A DNA stretch of 64,000 nt from a virus (lineage: Duplodnaviria > Caudoviricetes), in IMG/VR virus record IMGVR_UViG_2901146262_000001, positions 67,961 through 131,960 of that record; one strand, 5' to 3'. The position numbers and the translations under genes are program-made. Below, one piece after another: positions 10,181 through 21,844 of this stretch. Every line of letters starts with the position of its first letter. The first letter of the stretch is position 1. The notes under the pieces were generated by a model, which searched no databases, was not told the DNA's origin, and saw nothing but the letters and a program-made list of their open reading frames with translations.

Positions 10181-13100
10181 TATGAATAGATTGTGTTAAA
10201 ACACAACTTTTATTGGAGGTGAATTCTATTCAGGAATATTGGAGTAACTGTTTAATAGAGGCGATGAGAAGATTTGTTTTAAGTCCTGTAAATATTAGAG
10301 TGCATATCACATGTAGGGTAAGAGATGCTCCCAAATATTTATTTAAAAACAAATCCTTTCCTCATATCTACTGGAGAGACAAAAGAGATGGCACTTGTTG
10401 GCATTTTACATATAAGCGAGGACAATCACTTCTAGGTCAGCTTATTCACAAAGGCAGGGTTGAAGAGTTTAGCTTACGTCGGAGAATTGGGTAGTCAATT
10501 AAAAATTAAACTTTAAAGTAAAAAGGAGAATGGAAATGGAAGCTTTGAGTGAACCGTTATTCGAGATCAATCAAGAAAGTAAATATTACAAAACAAAAAA
10601 AGAAATAAAAGACAGCCGACCGAAGATGCATAAAATATTAAAGGAAATAGCAAATGAATTTGAATTTAAGTTAGACGACTTTGCTCGTTATGGAGCAAGA
10701 GGCTTTGGATTTTATCAATATACAGATTCATACGAAAAGTATGAAGACAAATTAACCAAGAATGCTGACAGAAATGGAGTACATACGTTTAAGAAAGCTA
10801 CACAGGAGTATAAGGCTATTAGTCCGAGATTAGTAGAAATTGAGAGGATTGAAAACAAGGTAAACCCTTTTACTCTCCATGATATTTTTGGATTGAACAA
10901 TTTAAAAGCTTCTCAGTGGCTAGGTGATAGATTCTTTGTTGAAGTTAAGTCAGCGGAAGAAACAAAGAAGAAAGTAAGTGATCCTAAAAGGAGCATAGAA
11001 TTTGAGATTGAGCCTGTGAAAGAAATATCTTATAAAGAGTACTTACAGTTACTCATGGACAGAATTGATGATTGAAGAAGGAGGATGAGAGTGGACATTT
11101 TTACAAAGATTGTAAACGAATATTTACTTAAAGATGAAGAAAACAAAGAAGAATTGCTAGAATTCGCAAATGCTGTATCGGGTCAAATTATGAGTTCAGA
11201 AGGTGAAGATAATGAATAACGAACTGAAGCTAAAGCATATCAAAGAAGATGGTTCATTACGCACACCTTATGTAGTGTATCAAGGAGATAAGAAATTAGG
11301 AAGCTTCACAAATCGCATAGCAGCTAATAAGTTTATGAAAATGGTTGATGAGTTACGTAGATATGATGCGTTAGATTAAAAGTGAGCTTTTAACTGGGGA
11401 GGAATAAAAATGAAAGGTTGCATTTATGCAGTATATAACGAGAAGAATAGAGTAATTGGTTTATATGCCAATGAAACATGGGCGAAACGTAAGGCAGATC
11501 GATCAGATAGTTATCGAGTTGAAACATATGTTCATACGGAAAATAGAAAGATGATAGAAATGGCATAATTTATGACGAGAGATGATTAAATGAAGGCTAT
11601 ATTGCTTGAAGATTATAATTCAGGGATAAACGATTACTTCTACAAAAGAGGTCAGGATGTTGATATTACCGAATTAAAGAGCTTTGAAGATAGCTATGCT
11701 GTTTATCGCTATGGTGGATTGGACTGGATACCTAAAAGTATAGTAAAAATTATCGATTAGAGATATGCAGTAAGACGACAGAAACTAGAGGGGAAAGTTA
11801 AATGAAGGTAAAGATAAGATTTTTAATGGAGTTCCCGTATGACAATCAATTTTTTAAACCGCTTGATGAATTCGTATTAACAGTTGAAGATGCTACTGAG
11901 TTGGTAAATGCAGGTATTGCAGTTATAGATTATATATATACTGATTAAGAGGATAAATTTATCAAAAATGATGAGGTGATAACATGAGGTATGCATTTTA
12001 TGGCAGGGTGGAAGAAACACAGTACAATCCACATATGGCAGACTGCTTTGGCACTAAAATCCCCACATTGGGAAAGTGGAATAAACTAATGAAGTGGCAA
12101 GTTTTTTACAGTAAGGATAACGTACATATCGAAATCAATAGTGGAGCTAAGATTGATATAAGCGGTGAGAGTGTTTGCATTGAAAATGTGCAATATGATA
12201 TCGAAGATGATTCTTATAAGTGTTACACAGATAAGATTATATCAAGAAAAGATGGCAATATGACAAGACAACAAGCAGAGCAAAAAGCTGAAGAACTAAG
12301 AAATAGAGGTTTTTTCAAAAAGTTATTTGGCAGATAAAAGGATAGATTTATTAGGGAGTGATAGCTTTGAGTAGTAATATAGAACAGCAACTTCAAGATA
12401 TTGGTTACAAATTAGCTGAAGCTTGGAATTGTGGAGAGATTGAGAGACATGCTCAATTGATGCAAAGAGTTCGCAAATCAGGATTAAACGCAAAGGGCTT
12501 TGATTATGTATTGGATGTATATCAGAAAGCATTAAAATGAATATTTTATATAATTGCAAAGTGTTATTTAGACCAGAATTGATTATTCCAGACAGAGATA
12601 TTATTAAGAACATAAAGTTTAAGGAGGGTTTTAATAATGATGGTGAGTATATTAGGCGGAATAATCCTTATGTGTGCAATCATGACTGTAGGTATGTGGG
12701 TAGCTTATTTGCTGGCGCAACTACCAGATAATTTTGTTGATCATGAAGATTATGATAGAGATTAAACATGAACATGAGGTGATGAAATGGATATTAAAGA
12801 AATAATGGAAATGCAATTTAAAGTATTAGCTGTGACTGATAGCAAGCTTGAAGAAAATAATATGTCTGCAGACAAAGAATTTAAAGAAAGGGTATTTGAT
12901 AATATTCAATATCTTAGACGTATGGAGAAGTGGATAAAATAATTCATTTATGGGGTGAAAACATGCCAAAAATACACAAGGTCACACTTTATCTTACTGA
13001 CTTTGAAGAAATGGATAAAAGAAATATCGAGGTCGTCTTAGAACGTATGGCAGACAGGGAGGATATGAGTTTGCATATCGCAAAGCAAAATGAATCAGAA

Positions 13101-14282
13101 GTATTTGAATGGGACGATAATTTATTCATTAATAAGCGAGACGCAAATGCAGATGATTTTGAAGCGTATATGAAGAAGGGTTAGAGTAATTAACTTATGA
13201 GGAGGAACTATGCTAAAAATTAGACAGTCCTATCATGGCACAGGTGGCAGAGAAGGATACAAATATAAAGTTTACAATGACAAGGGCAAAAAGATTGGAG
13301 AAATTAAAGACTTTCCAATTGATTGTCGGTATGGAGATATAATCAAAATTGGCGATGGTCTATATACTTTGACATCATCTTATGACTCTGATAACCCTAG
13401 ACACGAGAAGTCAGAAGTAATGTTTCATGAATTACAACCATACGATCCTAAACCTAATTTCGACTTAGGTGAGGTGATTTAATGTCATTAAAGATTGGAA
13501 ATAAGGTGCGAAATATACATGATAATACAGAGGGCAAGCTAGTATATTCCACATTCGGTGCAAGTATTACAGGAGCAAAAGTAGATGAGGATGGTAATAG
13601 GATGCGTTTTCAAACTATAGGGCAGCCAATACAAGAATACGAGAAAGATTGGAAAAGAGTATATAAGTTTAAATATAACATGAGGTGAAAACATGAAGAA
13701 ATTAAATGAAAAGAATAAAGATGAACTTCTTAACAATTTGATAAGTAATATTGATCGGTTAATACCTATGGCAAAAAACAATGATGAATATGTTAAATTC
13801 TCAAGAATGCGCTTAGATGTATTAGATGTTTGGCGTGAATCTATAGATAATAAGGTTAGTCAAAAACAGGAGGAAGAACAAATAGATGAACAAGTATTAA
13901 CAACCGGGCAGATGATCGATCAACTTAAAGTTGGAGAAGAGGCAGAGTCACATAGTCACGGATATATCCGAGTAAGAAAAAATCCAGATGGATCAATAAC
14001 ACAAGCGGGCGCTGGGAGAAAGGTGGTATTAGGATCTGGTGTAACAGATTGGGAATGGTCGGTAGTTCCAAACTATGTAACATTTGGTGAAGCAATGATT
14101 GTTTTATCAAGAAAAGGAAGGGTTCGTTTCCATTATAGGGATGAAAATGGTGTTGAAAGAGAAGTACCGATAAAGAACTCGTTTAATGTCAGACATAGTT
14201 TCAGAGAAGATATAAGATGGTTTGATCTTATAAACGGCAAATGGACAATCGAAGAAAATCATCAGAATAAATAATGCACCGT

Positions 14283-14376
14283 AAAAGTTTGTGAAAAGCA
14301 ACATACATAAATCGTTGATTTAATCGTCTTTTAATTTTCAATTCACAATCTTTTTCGAGATAAAATACTGGTTTTA
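14283..14376. repeat. ~95-bp inverted-repeat element, copy 1
   Basis: AAAAGTTTGTGAA-46 nt-TTCACAATCTTTT, followed 5 nt after the T-run by TAAAA-N6-TTTTA. Confidence 0.8.
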
Positions 14377-14390
14377 AATAGGAGGATCAA

Positions 14391-14630
14391 ATGATAAGAG
14401 AAGTTCAGAGGAATTCAGTCTATCGTCATTATAAGGGTAAGTTTTATTACATATTAGAGATATGCTATCATACCGAAACATACGAAACATTAGTTGTATA
14501 CCATGCACTAAATAGTGAAGGTGATACATATGCAAGACCATTAGAGATATTTATATCAGTGGTAGAAGAAGGAGTTAATAATCCAACAGGACAACAATAT
14601 AAATTTGAACTGTTTGAGGATGAAGAATAG
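14391..14630 (+). CDS. DUF1653 family protein
   Basis: YRHYKGKFY...ETLVVYHAL...YARPLEIF. Confidence 0.8.
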   Translation: MIREVQRNSVYRHYKGKFYYILEICYHTETYETLVVYHALNSEGDTYARPLEIFISVVEEGVNNPTGQQYKFELFEDEE

Positions 14631-14633
14631 ACT

Positions 14634-14663
14634 TTGACCTCAGCTATAGATGTATACTATAAT
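14634..14663 (+). promoter_or_regulatory. Probable SigA promoter for prfA-prmC
   Basis: TTGACC-18 bp-TATAAT upstream of RBS GAGGTG and ATG 14694. Confidence 0.5.
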
Positions 14664-14693
14664 TATACTGCTATAAAGGAAGAGGTGGAGACA

Positions 14694-15764
14694 ATGATAG
14701 ATCGATTACAATCATTGGAAGATCGTTATAACAGATTAAATGAAATGCTTAGTGACCCTGAAATTATTGGCGATACAAAGAAGTTACGTGAATACTCCAA
14801 AGAACAATCTGACCTAGAAGATGTCGTAATGACATATCGTGAGTATACAGATGTTTCATCCCAGTTGAAAGATGCAAAAGAAATGCTGGAAGATAGCTTG
14901 GACGATGAAATGTATTCGATGGTAAAGGTTGAAATCGATGAGCTTACAAAGAGTCGGGAAGATTTAGAAGAAAAGATGAGAATTCTTCTACTGCCGAAAG
15001 ATCCAAATGATGATAAGAACGTAATTATGGAGATTCGTGGTGCAGCAGGTGGAGATGAGGCGGCTTTATTTGCTGGTGACTTGTATCGAATGTATTCTAA
15101 GTACGCTGAGAATCAAGGATGGAAGACTGAAATAATGGAAGCTAATAGTACAGGTGTTGGCGGATATAAGGAAATCACTTTTATGATTAGTGGTAAAGGG
15201 GCATATTCAAAATTGAAGTATGAGAATGGCGCACATCGTGTTCAGCGTGTTCCTGAAACAGAGTCCGGGGGAAGAATTCATACATCTACTGCAACGGTAG
15301 CAGTGTTACCGGAAGCAGAAGACATAGAGGTGGACGTTCATGATAAGGATATTCAAGTAGATACGTACCGTGCAAGTGGAGCTGGAGGACAGCATGTAAA
15401 CACAACAGACTCTGCAGTTAGATTGACTCATAAGCCAACAGGTGTAGTTGTTTCTATACAGGATGAAAAGTCTCAGATTAAGAATAAAGAAAAGGCTATG
15501 AAGGTGTTACGTGCTCGGATTTATGACAAGTATCAGCAAGAAGCTCAATCTGAAATTGATCAAAATAGGAAGTCTGCAGTTGGCACTGGAGATCGTTCAG
15601 AGAGAATCAGAACATATAATTTCCCTCAAAGCAGAGTAACTGATCATCGAATTGGTTTGACGTTGCAAAAATTAGATCAGGTATTAGAGGGTAAGCTAGA
15701 TGAATTCATTGACGCATTAATAATTGAAGAACAGGCAGAAAAAATGGAGCAAATAGGTGAATAA
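14694..15764 (+). CDS. prfA: Peptide chain release factor 1 (phage-borne)
   Basis: [20 protein letters not shown] (PxT = RF1 specificity), [18 protein letters not shown]; 356 aa from ATG 14694. Confidence 0.97.
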   Translation: MIDRLQSLEDRYNRLNEMLSDPEIIGDTKKLREYSKEQSDLEDVVMTYREYTDVSSQLKDAKEMLEDSLDDEMYSMVKVEIDELTKSREDLEEKMRILLLPKDPNDDKNVIMEIRGAAGGDEAALFAGDLYRMYSKYAENQGWKTEIMEANSTGVGGYKEITFMISGKGAYSKLKYENGAHRVQRVPETESGGRIHTSTATVAVLPEAEDIEVDVHDKDIQVDTYRASGAGGQHVNTTDSAVRLTHKPTGVVVSIQDEKSQIKNKEKAMKVLRARIYDKYQQEAQSEIDQNRKSAVGTGDRSERIRTYNFPQSRVTDHRIGLTLQKLDQVLEGKLDEFIDALIIEEQAEKMEQIGE

Positions 15765-16623
15765 TATGGAACAATTAAAACAATATGAAGTCCTACAATG
15801 GGCTTCTCTCCTTTTAGAGAAACATTATAGAGAGTCAAGAGTTGCAGAAATATTACTTCAGCATTATTTGAATGTATCTAGATCGAAGTTTTATATGATG
15901 ATGCGTGATCCAACCCCTGAAGATATTGTAGCTTTATTTAAAGAAGCTGTTACAAAGCATGCTATATCAGGCATCCCAGTTCAACACATAACAGGAGTGG
16001 AAGAGTTTTATGGTAGAGAATTTAAAGTTAATGAAGATGTACTAATTCCAAGGCCAGAAACAGAAGAGCTTGTGCATCATATAATAGAAGCTGTAGGTGA
16101 TCAGGCTCTGACAATCGTTGATGCTGGCACTGGAAGTGGGATTATAGCAATTACATTGTCGTTAGAATTACTGAATGCGAAGGTGTATGCAACTGACATA
16201 TCTACGGATGCAATAAAAGTTGCTACAGATAATAACGATAATCTTCAATCCAATGTTACTTTTTTAGAAGGAGATTTTTTGCAGCCACTAATTGATGACG
16301 ATATTAAAGTGGATGTTATTATATCTAATCCTCCATATATTGATCAGAGAGAAGCGGATTCTATGTCAGATACAGTGAAAAGCTTTGACCCTAAAATTGC
16401 ATTGTTTGCTGAAGATGATGGTTTGGCAGCTTACAAGAGAATCATCGAACAAGGCAGGCATATTATGAAAGATAATTCAATGATGGCGTTTGAAATTGGC
16501 CATAAACAAAGTAAATCTGTTACTTCATTAATTAAATCGACCTACCCAAATAGTAATACATATACGATTAAAGATATAAATGGTAAGGATAGAATCATAT
16601 CAGTAGAAATTGGAGGTGAGTGA
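15757..16623 (+). CDS. prmC: Release factor glutamine N5-methyltransferase (HemK/PrmC)
   Basis: [36 protein letters not shown]; overlaps prfA as in the Bacillus operon. Confidence 0.95.
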   Translation: MNNMEQLKQYEVLQWASLLLEKHYRESRVAEILLQHYLNVSRSKFYMMMRDPTPEDIVALFKEAVTKHAISGIPVQHITGVEEFYGREFKVNEDVLIPRPETEELVHHIIEAVGDQALTIVDAGTGSGIIAITLSLELLNAKVYATDISTDAIKVATDNNDNLQSNVTFLEGDFLQPLIDDDIKVDVIISNPPYIDQREADSMSDTVKSFDPKIALFAEDDGLAAYKRIIEQGRHIMKDNSMMAFEIGHKQSKSVTSLIKSTYPNSNTYTIKDINGKDRIISVEIGGE

Positions 16624-16920
16624 ATGCTGGATTTTAAAATTGTTAGCGATTTTGAAGGAACTTTAAAAATGTTAGGTAAGAGTATTGATAATGAAGATGA
16701 TGAGGCTTTGAGTTTGGCAATTATGTTAGAAGGCGAGTTTGGATATATAATACGTGATCAAATCGATACAACGAATGACGATGATAGATTTTTTATTAGT
16801 GCCACGCTGAATACCTTTAACAATTTATTGAATGCAGTTAATGACAGGAAAGTTGCAGATGTGATTGAACGTATCAGAGATGGTATAGTTGACATTATAA
16901 AGGGAGAAGAATTAATGTAA
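16624..16920 (+). CDS. Hypothetical protein
   Basis: RBS GGAGGTGA; abuts prmC. Confidence 0.6.
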   Translation: MLDFKIVSDFEGTLKMLGKSIDNEDDEALSLAIMLEGEFGYIIRDQIDTTNDDDRFFISATLNTFNNLLNAVNDRKVADVIERIRDGIVDIIKGEELM

Positions 16921-16952
16921 TTGAGCAATATTTAAATTCTTTGATTTCATTG

Positions 16953-16981
16953 TTGACATTTTTATTGGGTAGTATTATAAT
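16953..16981 (+). promoter_or_regulatory. SigA-type promoter with operator-like motif
   Basis: TTGACA-17-TATAAT containing ATTGGGTAGTATTATAAT. Confidence 0.85.
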
Positions 16982-17021
16982 ATAAATAGACAAAAAATAA
17001 AAATTAAAGGGAGAGATATTA

Positions 17022-17489
17022 ATGAAATTCGGATTAAGAGAAGTTGTTGACTTGAAAGTATTCAATGAAAGTGATGAGCTTGTTACTGTACTTGACACAA
17101 GCAGGGAGAGTTTCATTCAGTATATTGGAGAAGATGAAAAGGGTGTAGGATATGTCGGTGTTAAAGATGCACTGATCGACTTAAACTTTATCAAATTCAT
17201 CTCAGACGAGAGTAGCGAACTTACAGATTATGAAAAAGCCATTAATAGCAATATGAATACGATTGAGCTAGGTGGTTCTGGCAACAGGAAGTGCAAATTG
17301 GTTGGTAACAGCTATGCAAGATCCAGAGATAGCGGAGGAGATTGCAAATATTTAATTGAAGCTCCTAATGCAGAGGTTATCAATCGACTGTCAATTGAAA
17401 ATAATACATATGATCCATCTGATTTCGATATTCTTTTTAAAGTTAAACCTTATAATGATAAAGGTTCACTGTTTAAAATTCATTTATAA
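17022..17489 (+). CDS. Hypothetical protein resembling a shortened major tail (tube) protein
   Basis: N-terminus MKFGLREVVDL...VLDT and VKDAL motif recall tail-tube proteins of large Firmicutes siphoviruses (from memory). Confidence 0.35.
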   Translation: MKFGLREVVDLKVFNESDELVTVLDTSRESFIQYIGEDEKGVGYVGVKDALIDLNFIKFISDESSELTDYEKAINSNMNTIELGGSGNRKCKLVGNSYARSRDSGGDCKYLIEAPNAEVINRLSIENNTYDPSDFDILFKVKPYNDKGSLFKIHL

Positions 17490-17496
17490 ATAATGC

Positions 17497-17525
17497 TTGA
17501 CTTTATTATTGGGTAACATTATAAT
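17497..17525 (+). promoter_or_regulatory. SigA-type promoter with operator-like motif
   Basis: TTGACT-17-TATAAT containing ATTGGGTAACATTATAAT. Confidence 0.8.
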
Positions 17526-18652
17526 AGATACATAGTCAAAATAAAGAAAAGGAGATGTTGATTAGTGATTATTGAATGCAGAAACAATGATGAGATAGGG
17601 GCAAGGAAATGGAAAATTGCTTAGAGCAGCTATTAGAGGAAATAAGTGTTAGAAAATCTTCTCACATGGAGTGGTGCGACGAATCATATGGAAATAGTAA
17701 TGAACAGAGACTAATAAGAATTAAAATAAAGGAATTAGAAGACATTAGAGATATTGTTATTGATTATTGTCACAAGGAGAGAGAAAAATGACCTATTCTT
17801 TAAAGAATAACACAATAGTAAGAACGGATGACGGAGACGTTATGATTGTTCCTATTGAAGTATGTGGAAATGACCAACAAAAAGAGTTTTTTGCTTTCGG
17901 GGCAATGTATATGAGTAACGAAGGTGATTATCCGTTTGAAATTCAATTTATTGATGAAGATGATAAGGAATTGATAAAACGCCTCAACAATGAAGTTGGA
18001 AGGGTTTTAGAAATAATCGAACCAGTTAGCAACAACTATGGGTTTTAAATACCACTTTTTCTTTTGCAGGTTGGCGTTATAAAATATTAAAAGGAGGAAT
18101 AAAAATGAGCAAAATAATAACAGTAACAGCAAATCAAAACTATGATTTTGATGGCGATGAGATTTATAAAATGGTTAAAGGTCAGGAGTTTAAACTAGAG
18201 AGATTATCAGATCGGGAATGGGAGTTTAGACTAACAGATAAGAATGGCATAACAACATATGTGGGGGATGACTTTTTAGGACAGTTTATGGACTTTAAAA
18301 TGGATGAAATGCCTGAGTCAGTTGCAGTATATCTTTATAATGAAGAGCATAAAGAAGATCATTTAAGAGATGGTACTTTGAGGGTGCTTAAGAGTCCATT
18401 CAAAGAAACACTTGAGTTACATAAAGTATTGCAAGAATTAGAGCAAGGAGAAGGGATTTCTGCTGATTCGATAGATTTAATTTTAAACAATCATAGTGAC
18501 TTGTTACCCTACTTGGATGACGAGGTCAGACTACAAAAGAAGCTTGAAACATTGGTTTTTAAGTCTTGAAGATAAGAAAAGAGATGCAGAGTGGAGAGTA
18601 TAGGCTTGAATGGAATTCTAGATAAAATGCGATATAGAAGAGGTGATAAAAA

Positions 18653-19090
18653 ATGAAAAAAGCAACATTAATAACAATAACATCATTATTAGCAATCGCA
18701 GTACTGTTCCTTGTATCTGTTTATGGATTTGGATTTTTACAGCGAGAAACAGCAGACTTTCGAGGGGAAACGGGTCAAATCGAGGATACAAAAGCTAACA
18801 GTGATTATCGCATAGCTTCATATGACAGCTTTTACGATTCGTGTGCCAGTGTTCAATCCATAGAGAGCAAGATTGTTAATATGCAAGATGAGTTAGAGGA
18901 AACTGATGAAGTGCAGCGTGAAACAGTACTTAAAACGTCAATAACAGCTGCAAAGAATAAAAGGGCGGAACTTATTTCATCATATAATGCAGACGCACGT
19001 AAGGAAGCAACGCAAGGACAATTTAGAGCATCAGACTTACCTTATGAATTAAATGAAAACGAGGAGGAAACAATTTGCGAAGCTTACTAA
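18653..19090 (+). CDS. Membrane-anchored coiled-coil protein
   Basis: N-terminal hydrophobic helix followed by helical domain. Confidence 0.6.
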   Translation: MKKATLITITSLLAIAVLFLVSVYGFGFLQRETADFRGETGQIEDTKANSDYRIASYDSFYDSCASVQSIESKIVNMQDELEETDEVQRETVLKTSITAAKNKRAELISSYNADARKEATQGQFRASDLPYELNENEEETICEAY

Positions 19091-19620
19091 ATAAAGGCAG
19101 TCTAGCCATTTTAATGTTAGTTTTATCGGCAGTTGTATTATCTGCATGTTTGGAAGAAACATCTCAAGACAAAGAAACGGGAATACAACAGAATACTTAT
19201 ACCAAGCTATCAGAAAAGGAACCAGCTAAGGAGATGACTAACCCGAAAACGAGGGAAACTATCAACTTTTTTACAGACACTTGGAATAAGAAAGATCAAT
19301 TAGCCTATGTCTATCTGCAAAACTCTGATGGAGATATGATTGGTTACTATGTGCTAGATGGGCCTCCTGTATCAATGTGTACGTCATTAACTCCGAATTT
19401 TAGGGTAGAAAGTGGTTCAAACGGAAAGGTAGTCACTCCTGCGCCGGGAACAGATGGCGTATATCGTGGCGAAGAGGATTGCAGCAGGTATTATGCAAAA
19501 GATGCTACTAGTGGTGCTTATGTAGAGTTTACTGTAGGTATGGGGATCAATATGTTGCTTTATACTGAGCCATTAACAAATCATCCTAATGTACAAAGCT
19601 TATCACCAGAAGGAGAATGA
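19075..19620 (+). CDS. Lipoprotein
   Basis: Lipobox LSAC; overlaps the previous gene. Confidence 0.7.
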   Translation: MRSLLNKGSLAILMLVLSAVVLSACLEETSQDKETGIQQNTYTKLSEKEPAKEMTNPKTRETINFFTDTWNKKDQLAYVYLQNSDGDMIGYYVLDGPPVSMCTSLTPNFRVESGSNGKVVTPAPGTDGVYRGEEDCSRYYAKDATSGAYVEFTVGMGINMLLYTEPLTNHPNVQSLSPEGE

Positions 19621-20777
19621 TTTACAGTAAAATGTAAGTTTGATTTGAACTATAATCTCAAATAAAAAAAGGAGATGGAATGAATGGAACTGAAAAGATA
19701 TACTCACCGTCACGAGATGGTCATCAGGGAGCAAGTTGGTCTATATGTAGAAAAGGTTGCGGATGGAATTTATTTGATAAAGAAAGACAGATTAGGATCT
19801 AAGAGTGGTCAGTTCATTAACTCTGATACATTATTCAGTAGAATGGGTCATTATAAGAAGATAGCAATAGACGATGAGTCAGGAATTACAGCAATCTTTG
19901 ATAGCTGGGAGTAAACTTTATTGAAAAAAGTATTTTTTTAATCAATATAGGGTAGCAATATAGTATAATGTTTGTTACACTAAAGGAGTTGGTTGGTTGG
20001 CCAAGAGAGATGAAGATAAAGTATTGTACGATTTATTGGCTTACTTTGATAAGAATTATGCAGATGCAAGCATTGAACAAAAGAACATGTATGTCAGAGG
20101 AGTTTCTGATGCACTGTCTTATGTGTACCACGGCAGAATGAAGCCACGCTAAACAATAAAAAGGGGGAATTGAGTTGGACATAAATAAAGGTGACATAAT
20201 CATTGTTAATATGGATCGTTTCGGTGGTGAAGGATTTAAAGAAATGGAAGTTTTTAATCCGACTGGAGATACTGACTATATTGAATATGTAGGAGAGCAT
20301 TTTCTCGCTAAGTCATCATCAGGTGAAACCCATGTGATCAAAGAAGGCGATTATAAGCTTAAGGAAGATGATATTATTGATATTGCTGATAGAGTTAGAG
20401 TTCCAAAGACAAATGGCACTCAAAAGGAATGTTATATCGTAGTTGAAGTTGATAGTACTAATCGGGGTATATGTATATTTGATGATTTTGGCCATAAGAT
20501 TTGGTATCAGAAGCATACCGTCACAAAAGTTGAAAATGATCCAAACAATGAACAGTTACTTGATATGGTAGCATCTCTGTCCTCTGAGTTGATTAAGGTA
20601 AAGAATATAGTGGTTGATTTGGTTAGTAAGCAGCAAGACGTTAACGACAGAATCATGTCTGATTTATTAAATTAACGGGACATCATTAAGGGTGGTGGTT
20701 ATTTTCTGAAGGTTATAGGGTGACATTATAGTATATAAAACAAAAATTAAACTTACAAGAAAAAAGGGAGAGATTTA

Positions 20778-21791
20778 TTGATGACAGAATTACAACCAAC
20801 TTACGGAAACTTTAAACTACGAGGTATTGTACGACAAATTGGATTGCCATTTGCATTTAACAAAGGAACAACAGGCGGAGGACTAGAGTATAGACGATTA
20901 AACTTTATGATTCAAACAAGCAAGAATAACTTTGTTCCAGTTGAGCTATTTGGTATGAAATTTGACGAGATTACAATCACACCTACTGACAAAAAAGATA
21001 AGCAACGTAAGAAAATCACATATAGCGATGATGTATACAAGGATATTGAAGATGGCTGGGAAGTATTTATGGGAACTAATGTAGGAATCGAACAAGATGA
21101 AAAAGGTGGTAACATTAAAAAAGTATTAGCTCCATTCGATGCGATCGAAGAAATTCATAAAGGATTGGAAGATGGAGATTCTGTATTTGTTAATGGAGGA
21201 AAACGATTCAATGAATACAAGGGAGATACGCAGCAGAGTTTTGAAATTCGTTCAATTTACCATACATCTGAACCCATTGACTTTGACGCAGAAGGGTTTG
21301 AAGAACAGTCTACTTTTGACCAAACATTGGTTGTGACTGGAACGGAATTAGATAAGAAAACGAATCGACTGATTGTTAATGCAAATATTATCTATGATAA
21401 AAAAGGGTTATTTGTTCCATTTGAATACTTTATTGATATTACTCGATATAAAAAGTTCGCTTTAAACTTACGTAAATTCAAATTTGGCACACAAATTAAA
21501 GTTTCTGGACTAGTACATAGTACAACAGATATGGAGACTATCACTGAAGAGACGGTTGTTACGGACGAATGGGGAGAGGACTTACATCAGTCTAGCGGTA
21601 ATGACATTATCCGAGACACAAATAAATCACTTGAAATTACCAAAGGATATCCTGAGACTATCGAAGAGAAAAAATACTCTGAAGATGACTTTAAAGCAGA
21701 AGAAGTGGATGAGGCATTTCAAGACAAAGAATTAGACGCTGGCGAGTGGGGAGATTCAGACGATTCGTCTGACGATGATCCATTCAAGTAG
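20778..21791 (+). CDS. Single-stranded DNA-binding protein (YorF-like)
   Basis: Beta-rich OB-like segments, very acidic tail ending DDDPFK, directly upstream of a Sak4-like ATPase. Confidence 0.65.
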   Translation: MMTELQPTYGNFKLRGIVRQIGLPFAFNKGTTGGGLEYRRLNFMIQTSKNNFVPVELFGMKFDEITITPTDKKDKQRKKITYSDDVYKDIEDGWEVFMGTNVGIEQDEKGGNIKKVLAPFDAIEEIHKGLEDGDSVFVNGGKRFNEYKGDTQQSFEIRSIYHTSEPIDFDAEGFEEQSTFDQTLVVTGTELDKKTNRLIVNANIIYDKKGLFVPFEYFIDITRYKKFALNLRKFKFGTQIKVSGLVHSTTDMETITEETVVTDEWGEDLHQSSGNDIIRDTNKSLEITKGYPETIEEKKYSEDDFKAEEVDEAFQDKELDAGEWGDSDDSSDDDPFK

Positions 21792-21844
21792 GAAATAGTC
21801 AGACAACAAATCAAATAAATACATAAAAGGGAGAATGATGATTA

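Larger units (their letters stand above)
7100..14274 (+). other. Cluster of small hypothetical phage genes, including several 40-58 aa ORFs missing from the ORF track (e.g. starting near 9448, 11091, 11212, 11410, 11590, 11802, 12787)
   Basis: RBS-preceded, co-oriented, often translationally coupled ORFs. Confidence 0.7.
17609..20675 (+). other. Small hypothetical genes (17609-17791, 17767-18048, 18105-18569, 19684-19914, ~19998-20152, 20175-20675)
   Basis: Co-oriented ORFs with RBS. Confidence 0.7.

Noticed and set aside
12537-12731. 64-aa ORF in the track
   Set aside because: It starts inside a junction palindrome without an RBS; an overlapping membrane-peptide ORF from about 12637 has a strong RBS (AAGGAGG) and is more credible
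13693-14274. Possible Tad2/DUF2829 anti-Thoeris sponge (TFGEAM...W pattern)
   Set aside because: Resemblance is limited to a few residues and the characteristic RxGWNG motif is absent; needs a profile search
14694-16623. prfA-prmC as host chromosome, marking a prophage boundary
   Set aside because: Both flanks are phage-type genes carrying the phage-specific repeats, and the usual chromosomal neighbours are absent
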